DNA of 64,000 bases from Candidatus Heimdallarchaeum endolithica. Its GTDB lineage: Archaea; Asgardarchaeota; Heimdallarchaeia; Heimdallarchaeales; Heimdallarchaeaceae. The notes below the pieces were generated by a model. It searched no databases and had not been told where the DNA came from. It worked only from the letters and a program-made list of their open reading frames with translations. The stretch spans positions 544,001 through 608,000 of the forward strand of contig CP084167.1 of assembly GCA_021513715.1 (NCBI GenBank). Reading direction: 5' to 3'. Shown here piece by piece: positions 18,895 through 29,300 of the stretch. Made by a program: the position numbers and the translations under genes. The stretch's first letter is position 1, and each line of letters opens with the position of its first letter.

Positions 18895-20019
18895 ATGATT
18901 TCTTACTATTCCATAGGCTTATTCTTATTTGAGCAACTTACTTTTATTACTAGTAGCATTATTCTATTTAGAACTTACAAGCAGACTCGTTTTCTTTCTC
19001 ACTTCCTTTTGGGTACTAGCTATCTTTTGTGGATTTTCAATTCTATAGGAAGATTTATTACTTCTTTTTTCAGTGAAAATGTAATAATCTTTAACAATAC
19101 TCGACTTATTTCACTTATTTGGATCATTGTTAATTGTTTATTAATTCTTGGAATGATTTTCGTTTTTTATTCTTTTATTTATTTCAAGACTAACAGATTA
19201 CATCCTATAATAAACATAGTTAGTTTTTTAGGAGGAGCATTATTTCTTGCATTTATAATACCTGATTTCACTGAAATAGCTTACTCTGAACAACTTGGAG
19301 CTTGGTCAGCGAAATATAATATTTGGATATCTGTTCTAGTTGTTCCGATGCTTCTATTCTTCATTTTTTCTTTTATTCTTCCCATTTATACAAAACTTAT
19401 TAGAACTACAGACAAAGATATTCGTAAGCAACTGTTTGTTCAGATAGTCGGGCTTATTATTGTAATTGTCTGGGCATTTTTCGCTGGTTTTACTAACAAT
19501 GCTGTACTTCGAGCTGTTCGTCCTTTCCTTATGGCAGCAGGTTGGTTTATCTGGTCTTTAACTTTGATTATGGATCCTTTCAATATAATGATTTCTAATG
19601 CCAAAATTAGTCAATTATTAATTACAACAACTAGCGGTTTACCTATCTATTATGACGACTTTACTTTTGATGAAAAAGAAGTAAAAAATGAGATTTCTGC
19701 AGATCTAGCTTCAGGTTTAATTTCAGGAGTTACCCAAGCTTTAGAGCAAATAATGGAAAGAAAATCGGAATTAAACACTGTTGTGTATAAAGACAAAGTT
19801 ATAGGTACTACTACAATAGGTTATCTTCAAGCGTATATTTTTGGAGAAAGATTTGATAAGGCTTTAAAAACGGTATTAAATGTTCTTCTAAGAGAAATAC
19901 AAGATAATCCAGCTCTTGCTTTAAAAATAACTCCTAACTTTGTAGATCTAGATGGGGCTTCAGGAAAAATCTTGAAACTTATAATTGAAAGAAATCTAAA
20001 ACGAATATTAGTTATTTAG
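18895..20019 (+). CDS. 7-TM membrane protein with C-terminal longin-like domain
   Basis: Seven hydrophobic segments, then KISQLLITTTSGLPIY...LASGLISGVTQALEQIM, a pattern typical of Asgard longin-like domains. Confidence 0.7.
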   Translation: MISYYSIGLFLFEQLTFITSSIILFRTYKQTRFLSHFLLGTSYLLWIFNSIGRFITSFFSENVIIFNNTRLISLIWIIVNCLLILGMIFVFYSFIYFKTNRLHPIINIVSFLGGALFLAFIIPDFTEIAYSEQLGAWSAKYNIWISVLVVPMLLFFIFSFILPIYTKLIRTTDKDIRKQLFVQIVGLIIVIVWAFFAGFTNNAVLRAVRPFLMAAGWFIWSLTLIMDPFNIMISNAKISQLLITTTSGLPIYYDDFTFDEKEVKNEISADLASGLISGVTQALEQIMERKSELNTVVYKDKVIGTTTIGYLQAYIFGERFDKALKTVLNVLLREIQDNPALALKITPNFVDLDGASGKILKLIIERNLKRILVI

Positions 20020-20166
20020 TTTATTTGCCATTTTTTTCTCCCTTTTTTGCTCATAACTCTACTTTTTTTGGTAAATGATTTAGTTTTGTTGGTGTAATTT
20101 AAAATAGATATAAAACAATTGATTAATGTGAAATAAACTTTTAAATAACCAATTTTAGGATTAAAT

Positions 20167-20895
20167 ATGATTGCACCAACTATTGATTCGTTATTGTCTG
20201 CAGCTTTAGGATATTTTTTTGGTTCAATACCTTTATCCTTTATAATTGTCAAAGTTTTTCTTGATGGATTAGATATCCGTACGGTTGGATCAAAAAATGT
20301 CGGTGGAAGAAATGTTATTAGATCTTTCAAGTATAAAGGAAAATCGAATAATGTTGCTTATACTATGGGGTTAATTGTAGCTATCTTTGATATATTAAAA
20401 GGATACTTTGCTATGTGGTTATCACAATACCTATCTTACAATTTTGGAAATAAAGATCCCTGGAGTATTTGTTTTGCAGGTATTTTTGCTATTCTTGGAC
20501 ATAATTGGCCAATATGGTTATTAAGTCATGGCGGAAGAGGAGTAGCAACAACTCTTGGTAACTTAATGTTTTTCAATCCTATTTTCTTTTTAATATGGCT
20601 AGCAACGTTTTTCTTACTCAGTTTTCCTCTGATGTATTCAGCTATTGTTTACATTACTAGTTTTATAGTTATGGGAGTTATTCTATACTTCTGGCCCTGG
20701 TATGTAAGTCCGATGGTAGCAGAACTGAAAAACGACCCAAATCTTGGTTTTATTTCAATGATAATGCTTTTTGGTATAACTCTTGTTGTTCTTTCTCGTC
20801 AAAAATCTAATTTCATGAAAATTAAGAATGGCGAAGCAAAAAGAATGAAACTGTGGAAGATATTCCAAGGAAAGGCAGATGAAGCCCTGAAATAA
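20167..20895 (+). CDS. plsY: Glycerol-3-phosphate acyltransferase PlsY family
   Basis: GYFFGSIP, DIRTVGSKNVGGRN, DILKG, GHNWP and GGRGVAT motifs. Motif 3 reads RQKSN instead of RHxxN. Confidence 0.9.
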   Translation: MIAPTIDSLLSAALGYFFGSIPLSFIIVKVFLDGLDIRTVGSKNVGGRNVIRSFKYKGKSNNVAYTMGLIVAIFDILKGYFAMWLSQYLSYNFGNKDPWSICFAGIFAILGHNWPIWLLSHGGRGVATTLGNLMFFNPIFFLIWLATFFLLSFPLMYSAIVYITSFIVMGVILYFWPWYVSPMVAELKNDPNLGFISMIMLFGITLVVLSRQKSNFMKIKNGEAKRMKLWKIFQGKADEALK

Positions 20896-20935
20896 ATTCA
20901 TTTTTTCTTTTTCTATCTTTTTAACAATTTTTTTA

Positions 20936-21679
20936 TTATATTTGTATTAATTCTGAAGATTCTATTTCCAGCGAAAGAGTCTCTTTTTCATTTTGTATTC
21001 TTAAAAGTCCATTATCCTCAATTCCTTCTACTGTATAGTCTTGATTTTTGTAGATAATATTATTTTTGCATAATATATCGTAAGAATTAAATTCTTTTAA
21101 GATTTCTTCAAAATTATTTCTTAAAACTTTGTTAATATAGTTTTTAATTTGCTTATACAATTCTTTTGTTAATTTCTCATTATCTGCTTTTATTTTCAAG
21201 GATTCATTTATTGAAATAGCTATAGAATTGACTGGAGAGTCTAAAGAAAGAACTTTGTTATTTGTATTTATTCCTATTCCAACGAGTAGAAAATTACAAT
21301 TTGTATCTTTCACTGTATCAATTAAAATTCCGCCTAACTTTCTTTTTTCTAGAATTATATCATTTGGCCATTTAATTTTAACAGGTATAGACAGAATTGT
21401 TTCTATTGCTTTTCTTACTCCTAAAGCAATAGAATAATGAAGAAAAGCATATTGCTTTTGATTTATTTCTTCTTTTTTACAAAAAACAAACGTTCCCCAC
21501 CAACCTCCTTTTGGAGAAAACCATTTATTCTGTTTTCTTCCAATACTTGCAGATTGTTCCTCTGCTATTATTAACAAATCTTCATTTTTTGCTAATTCTA
21601 AATAAGACAAAGCTACATTTTGAGTGGAAGGAACAGATTGAAAATGAATGATTTTCAAGGAAAAGGATTCTTGAACCAT
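20936..21679 (-). CDS. birA: Biotin--protein ligase (no N-terminal HTH)
   Basis: VPSTQ, AEEQ..GRK..KWFSP, IKWPND, KLGGIL and VGIGIN motifs. Confidence 0.9.
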   Translation of the reverse strand: MVQESFSLKIIHFQSVPSTQNVALSYLELAKNEDLLIIAEEQSASIGRKQNKWFSPKGGWWGTFVFCKKEEINQKQYAFLHYSIALGVRKAIETILSIPVKIKWPNDIILEKRKLGGILIDTVKDTNCNFLLVGIGINTNNKVLSLDSPVNSIAISINESLKIKADNEKLTKELYKQIKNYINKVLRNNFEEILKEFNSYDILCKNNIIYKNQDYTVEGIEDNGLLRIQNEKETLSLEIESSELIQI

Positions 21680-21792
21680 TATTTTCGTCGAAAAACACTT
21701 TTATTTAAACTTTTTTTTGTTTTATCAAGATAAAATTATTTAATCATAAAAACAAATTGGGTTTTTAAAAGACCTTTTTTTCTTTAAACTTA

Positions 21793-23367
21793 ATGGCTCG
21801 TATTACTCATATTGGACATGATAAAGGAAATTTGGAAGAAAAAAGACAAACAATACTTTCACTAAGAGAAATTTCGCTAAAAGGTGGTGGAGAAGAAAAA
21901 ATAGCTAGTCAACACAAAAAAGGAAAGCTTACAGCAAGGGAGAGAATAGAGTTATTAGTTGACGAAAATTCTTTTTGCGAAATAGATCAAATAAGAAAAT
22001 CTCAGCATTCTGAATTAGAAATGGAGAAAATAGAAGGAGACGGGGTAGTAACAGGTTATGCAACTATTAATGGTAGACGAGTCTTTATTTATAGTCAAGA
22101 TTTTACAGTTTTGGGAGGAAGTTTAGGAAAAACTCATGCAAAAAAAATATGTAAAGTTATGGATCATGCTCTACAGAGTGGGTGTCCTATAATAGGCATA
22201 CTTGACTCAGGAGGAGCAAGAATTCAAGAAGGAATAGATTCTCTAGCAGGATATGGCGAAATTTTTTATAGGAATGTAATGAGCTCAGGAGTAGTTCCCC
22301 AAGTTTCAATTATTTTAGGTCCCTGTGCTGGAGGAGCTGTCTATTCTCCTGCACTAACTGATTTTATTATTATGAATCAAATTAATTCATTTATGTTTGT
22401 TACTGGTCCTCAAGTTGTTAAGACAGTTACAGGGGAAGATGTTTCATTCTATGATTTAGGTGGAAGTGAGGTACATGGTTCTCTTAGTGGAGTTAGTCAT
22501 TTAGTAGGAGAAGATGAAGAGGAAACAATAAATTTAGCTAAAAAACTTTTATCTTACCTCCCATCGAACAATTTAGATGACCCTCCACAAGAAATAGATG
22601 ATATAGAAGAAAATGGTCAAGATATTCTTTCTGATATTATTCCAGAGCAGGAAAACGAGCCTTATGATATGAAAAAAGTAGTTGAAACAGTTTTAGACCA
22701 AGACAGTTTCTTTGAATTACAAGAAAGTTGGGCAAAAAATATTATTGTTGGCTTTGGGAGGTTAGATGGTTTAACTGTTGGTATTATTGCAAACCAACCT
22801 TTATTCCTTGGAGGTGCTATAGAATATAATGCTGCAGATAAAGCAGCTAGATTTATTCGTTTTTGTGATTCATTTAACATCCCCATAATTACTTTCGTTG
22901 ATGTACCTGGATTTATGCCAGGGGTAAAACAAGAGCATGAAGGAATAATTCGTCATGGAGCTAAAATGCTTTTTGCTTATTCAGAAGCTACTGTCCCAAA
23001 ACTTGCAGTAATAACAAGAAAAGCTTATGGAGGAGCTTATATTGTTATGAGCTCAAAGCATTTAGGAGCTGATATTAATTTTGCTTGGCCTACAGCAGAA
23101 ATAGCTGTCATGGGGGCAGAGGGAGCTTGTAATATTATTTATAGAAAAGAACTGAAAAAAGCTGAAAATCCAGAACAAGCTTTGCAAGATTTTGTTGCAA
23201 AATACAAAAAACAATTCAGCAATCCTATTCGAGCAGCTGAAAAAGGATATATTGACAAAGTTATTTTGCCTGAAGAAACAAGGATTGAACTTTCTAATGC
23301 CTTGAAATTTTTACAAAATAAAAGAATAGATATCCCGAAAAGAAAACACGGGAATATTCCACTTTAA
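21793..23367 (+). CDS. pccB: Acyl-CoA (acetyl/propionyl-CoA) carboxylase carboxyltransferase subunit
   Basis: GKLTARERI, GDGVVTG, DFTVLGGSLG, DSGGARIQEG, GPCAGGAVYSPA, DVPGFMPG, RKAYGGAY and KRKHGNIPL. Confidence 0.93.
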   Translation: MARITHIGHDKGNLEEKRQTILSLREISLKGGGEEKIASQHKKGKLTARERIELLVDENSFCEIDQIRKSQHSELEMEKIEGDGVVTGYATINGRRVFIYSQDFTVLGGSLGKTHAKKICKVMDHALQSGCPIIGILDSGGARIQEGIDSLAGYGEIFYRNVMSSGVVPQVSIILGPCAGGAVYSPALTDFIIMNQINSFMFVTGPQVVKTVTGEDVSFYDLGGSEVHGSLSGVSHLVGEDEEETINLAKKLLSYLPSNNLDDPPQEIDDIEENGQDILSDIIPEQENEPYDMKKVVETVLDQDSFFELQESWAKNIIVGFGRLDGLTVGIIANQPLFLGGAIEYNAADKAARFIRFCDSFNIPIITFVDVPGFMPGVKQEHEGIIRHGAKMLFAYSEATVPKLAVITRKAYGGAYIVMSSKHLGADINFAWPTAEIAVMGAEGACNIIYRKELKKAENPEQALQDFVAKYKKQFSNPIRAAEKGYIDKVILPEETRIELSNALKFLQNKRIDIPKRKHGNIPL

Positions 23368-23388
23368 AATTATTAAGAGGAGAATTTT

Positions 23389-26300
23389 ATGAAAACTCAA
23401 AAAGAACTAAAAAATGAACTACAAATTAAATATCCAATTTTCGGATATAATCCTATTGGACTTACTGATCCCACGTTTGCTATTGAAATCTCCAGACTTG
23501 GAGGAGTGGGATTATTTAACACTATTGGACTTGAACAAGAAGAACTAACTAAGATTCTTGATCAATGCGAACTTAATCTGCCCACACAACTATGGGGCGT
23601 AAGGATTAACGATCTTTCTCACATTAAATGGATAAATCATGAACGAAGTATTCCAATCGTCATCCTACCGGAGAAACCTACAAGATTACAACTGGATAAA
23701 CTGCGTAAAATAAGTAAATTTATTGTCTCTGAAGTTTTATTTGTTGAAGAAGCAAAAAGTCATCTTGAATGGTCAGATTTCTTTTTAGTTAAAGGTATTG
23801 AAGCAGGAGGAAAAGTAGGTACAAAAGCTTCTTTTATTCAGATTCAAGAGTTTTATGAAACTGGATGGCCTTTTATCATTCAAGGAGGAATTGGAGCTTT
23901 TAATATTAGTTCTGCTCTAATAGGAGGAGCAATAGGAGTAGTTTTTGAGGGACAATTATACCAATTTCCTGAATGTCCTCTTTCTGAAGAAGTGAAAAAA
24001 TATCTTGCTTCTTTAGGTGAAAATGATTCTTTTATTATCAATGAAAGTGGTAAAGAAGGTTATAGAATTTCTGGAAAATTAGCAAATAAGGCTATTAGAG
24101 AGATAAAGCAATTAGAAGAAGAATCAAGTGAGGAAAAAATACTTGATAGGATCACTGAATTTGAAAAACCACATGAACAATTTGGTTTTAAGAGTCAAAA
24201 CATAAAACACGCATTTTTACCACTAGGTAATGATGTTTTCTTCTCCACATTCTTCAAAAAAAGATTTGGAAATTTAGCAAATTTTGTGAAACAAGCTCTT
24301 AAGATAGCTGATGAACAAATAGAAATTGCTCTAAAAAATTGGCCTTTTGCAAAAGGATCTCCTTTATCCAATTTTCTTGGGACAAAATATCCTATTATCC
24401 AGGGGCCTATGGCTAATGTTTCTGATAATGTAGATTTTGCTGTTAATGTAGCGAAAAGTGGAGCTCTACCTTTCTTAGCTTTAGGTGGACTACTAAAAGA
24501 AGAAACAGAGGAGCTGTTTGATAAAGTTAGAAAAAGTGAACTTTTGAAATATTCCTACGGCTGTGGAATTATAGGTTTAGAAGCAGTTAAACAAAGGAGA
24601 GAAGAGCATCTATCTTTAATGAGAGAACTTAAACCCCCTTTTGCTTTAATTGCTGCAGGAACAGTTAATTTAGCAAAACAAGTACAAGAGATGGGTTTTA
24701 AGACTTTATTACATACTCCTGCTCTATCAATGTTCAAAGATTCTATCAAAAATGGGATAGATCTACAGATTTTAGAAGGGAGTGAATGTGGAGGTCACAT
24801 TGGTCTCCTTTCATCCTTTATTTTATGGGAAAGCATATTGGAATTTTTAGATGAAAATAGAGAACAGATAGAAAAACCTTTGAAAATAGTTTTTGCAGGT
24901 GGGATATCTGATGGAACTAGTTCTGCGATGTTAGCAACCATGATCGCTAAACATCTAGATATAATAGAACCAGCAATACAAATGGGTACATCCTATTTAT
25001 TTACAGAAGAAATTTTAGAAACAAAAGCTTTAACTGGATTTTATCAAGAGCTTCTTCTTAATGCAAATTACACCAGAATAATAGGTTCAACAGTAAATAC
25101 TCGGGCACGAGCTGCACCTTCTCCTTTTGTAGATCAAACAATTAAAAGAGAAAGAGAGAGAATTAGACAAAAAATACCAATAAAGGAAAGGAAAGAACTT
25201 TATGAGAAAGATAATCTAGGTGCTTTAAGAATAGCAGCTAAAGCTGAAAAATGGAATAACAATCATATTCCTGGTACAGGAACTACCCAATTTATAAAAA
25301 TCGATGAAAAGGAACAAAAAAACTTTGGATGTTTTATGGCAGGAGAAGTAATAGCTAAAAAACGAAGTATATACAAGATAGAAGATTTACATTATGATAT
25401 TTCAATAATTGGAAAGGAAATTCTAGAAAAACAGTCAACTTCTATTGCTGAATATTTAGTTCCAAATGAAAAACTGGAAGTTTATTCTAAGGAACAAAGT
25501 CCTCTTGTTATAGATAGTAGTAATAAAATTGCTATTGTAGGAATAGGCAGTTTCTTTCCTGATGCTCCAAACACTGAAAAGTTCTGGGAAAATATTATTA
25601 ACAAACATTATTCTATAACAGAAGTTCCCATTGAAAGATGGGATCCTAAATATTATTATGATGAAGATCGAACAGCTCCAGATAAAACTTATACTAAAAT
25701 AGGAGCGTTTGTAAAAGAATTCAAATTTAAACCAATTCAATTCAAGATTCCTCCTAAAGTAGCTGAAAAGATGGATGAAGTACAGAAATGGTCATTAGTT
25801 GCTGCAAAAGAAGCTTTAGAAGATGCTGGTATTCCAACAGATGGAAAGAAGCGTCTACCTATAGGAGTAATTGTAGGAAATGCTTTAGGTGGAGAGAATC
25901 AGAGATTAACTAACAGAAGGTTACACTATCCTGAAATTGAAGAACAACTAAGAGTTTTGTTAAGTTCGAAATTATCTGATGAAGAAGTAGAAAAACTTGT
26001 TTCTTCTTTTAGAAAAGAATATCTCAGTAAATACGCAGAAATCACAGAGGATACTATGCCTGGAGAATTGTCTAATATAGTTGCAGGAAGAATAGCAAAT
26101 ATTTTCAATTTATCTGGTAAATCAATGACTACAGATGCTGCTTGCGCATCTTCTCTAGCTGCTCTAGATATAGCTGTAAAAAGTTTGTTGAACAATGATT
26201 TTGAAACAATTCTTGTGGGTGGAGCAGATAGATCAATGGATGTTTCTTCTTATGTTAAATTTAGTAAGATCGGTGCTCTTTCTGCAACTGGTTCTCGACC

Positions 26301-29300
26301 TTTTGATTCCAAGGCAGACGGTTTTGTAATGGGAGAAGGATGTGGTTTTATAGTCTTAAAAAAATTGAAAAAAGCTATTAAAGACAATGACAAAATTTAT
26401 GCCATAATTGATGCTGTTGGTTCTTCCTCTGATGGTAAAGGAAAAGGAATTACTGCTCCAAATCCTTTAGGACAAAAAGAAGCTATTAAAAGAGCTCTTG
26501 AACAAGCTAAAGTTTCTCCTTCTGAGATAGATTTAATTGAAGCACATGGAACTTCCACTATCGTAGGAGATAAAACAGAAGTTCAAGTTTTAAATGAAAT
26601 TTTCACAGAAAAACAAAAAGAAAGAAAAAGGAAAATAGCTCTTGGTTCAATTAAAAGCCAAATTGGTCATTTAAAGAGCGCATCGGGTATAGCTTCTGTT
26701 ATTAAAGTTGCTTTAGCTCTTGACAAAAAAGTTCTTCCACCAACAATAAATGTTCAAGAACTTAATCCTACTATTGATTGGAATAATTCTAATCTTTTTG
26801 TCAATCTTGATGCTCAACCATGGGAAAAGGTTGACAACTCTATAAGAAGAGCAGGAGTTTCTGCTTTTGGTTTTGGAGGAACAAATTATCATACAATCTT
26901 GGAAGAATATATTCCAGAAGCGAAGTACATAGAAAAAGAAAAACAGCCTATAGTTGAGTTAAAAGAACAAAAAGATGAAGTTTGCTTCCTTTATACAGGG
27001 CAAGGAAGCCAATATTTAGGTATGATAAAGGAACTTTATGATAATTATCCAACTGTAAGAAAAACAATAGATGAAGCCTCTGTTCTTGCTAAAGAGGATT
27101 TAAATACTGATTTACGTGAAATAATTTTTGGCTCATCTCAACTTTCCAAAGGTGAAAATGAAGAAAGATTAAAGCAAACAGAATACACTCAACCTTCTCT
27201 CTTTGTAGTTGAAGTTGCTTTAACTAGACTATTGAAAGAAAAAGGAATTGAACCTACAAGAGTAGCTGGGCATAGTTTAGGAGAATATACTGCTTTAGTT
27301 GCTTCAGGAGTGTTCTCTTTTGAAGATGGACTAAAAGCTGTAATAGAAAGAGGAAAAGCAATGGCAAAAGCTTCTAAAAGTATCCCTGGAGCAATGGCAG
27401 CTATTCTTACATCTCAAGAAAAAGTTAAGGAAATTATAGAAAAAGTAAATGAAGGTTATATTACTGTAGCCAACTATAACTCATTAAACCAAACTGTGAT
27501 TTCTGGAGAAGAAAAAGCTGTAAACAAAGCAATAGAACTTTTCTCTGCAAGAAAAATAAAAGCAATAAAACTAAACGTTTCGACAGCTTTTCATTCTGTT
27601 ATTGTTAAAGATGCAGAAATAGAAATGGAAAGAGTGCTCAACAGCCTAAATTACAATAAGCCTTCAATTCCTGTCTATTCAAATGTAACTGGAGGTTTGT
27701 ACCCTGACGAGCCCTCTAAAATTAAAGAACTTCTAATTAATCAGCTCTGTAATTCTGTTCAATGGGTTAAGATAATTGAAGAGATGTATAAAGATGGAGG
27801 AAGAATTTTTGTAGAAGTAGGACCTAAAAAAGCATTATACAATTTCGTCAGAGATATTTTGTCAGAAAAGGAAGATATTCAAACTTTTCTTACTTTAAAC
27901 CCTAAAGTAGGAGAGTTGAAATCTTTTAATGATACTGTCTCTAAATTAAAAATGAACAAAAGAAGAGAAATCGAAACCCCGGTTCAAACTAAGGAAAAAA
28001 TTGTTTACAAAGAAACAGCGCTAGATGTTTTACTTAAAAATAAAGAAATTAACAATTTGGTTTCTAAACCCTATTTCAGTGAGTATCTGAAAGAGAATAG
28101 TAATCTGCTTTCATCTATAATGAAACAAGGTTACCAGCAGTTTTCAAAGTACAGAGAATCATTGGTTATTGCTGAAAAAGCTAAATATTGGGATATAAAC
28201 TTTGATCTCATTGGAGTAACTGGGGTAGGAATTGGTCTCCCAGGAAAGAATAGAACTGTTTTCTCAGATGATAACTTTGATCTTATTCTTAATGGAACAA
28301 ATCTTATAGAATCTGTTGATGATATAATAAAGCAAGAAACTTTAGACAAAAACATTGTTAGGTTAGTTAAATCCCCAGATGGTAACGCAACCTTTGAAGC
28401 GATTGACGATATAAATAAAGTTATTCAACTTGCAGCACAAATAGGAGAATTAAACTTTAAAGAATTAGGCATAGAAGATAAACTGGCTAAAGCTTTAGAC
28501 TCCACTTTTATTATGGCTATAGGCGCAGGGCTAGAAGCTTTGAAAGACGCTGGCATCCCTCTCGTTGAAAGCAAAATAGTTACTTCAACTGGAAAAACAT
28601 TAAAGGGGAGCTGGACTTTACCAGAACCCTTACAACATGATACTGGAATAGTTTTTGCTTCTGCATTTCCAGGATATGATAATTTAGTAGATGAAGTAAC
28701 AAGACATCTTGTGGCTAAATTTGAAAACAAAACAAATAAAGAGGTTGAGGAGATATTTGAACAATTAATAAATGTTGTATCAAATCCTGAAGCAAAAGAA
28801 GAGATCTCTAATTGGTTCTTGGAAAAACAATCTCTATTAGAAGAAAAAGAAGAACAAAAATATACTTTCAGTAGGGAGTTCCTTTACAAAGTTTTATCGA
28901 TGGGACATTCTCAATTTGCTCAATTTATTAAAGCTAAAGGACCAAATACACAAGTTAATGCTGCTTGTGCTTCCACAACTCAAGCAATAGGGGTAGCAGA
29001 AGATTGGATAAGAACTGGAAGATGTAAGAGAGTAATAGTAATAGCTGGAGACAATGCTGCAAGCAAGAATCTATTACCTTGGATAGGTGGAGGATTCTTA
29101 GCTGCTGGGGGAGTAACCACAAAAGCAGACGTTAAAGAAGCTGCTCTACCTTTTGGAAAAGAAAGACATGGATTAATTGTAGGTTCAGCTTCTGCAGGTC
29201 TTGTAATTGAAAGCAGAGAATCCTATGAAGAAAGAGGAGTTAAACCTATAGTAGATCTTTTAGGTACATTTATGGCAAATAGTGCTTATCATGGTTCTCG

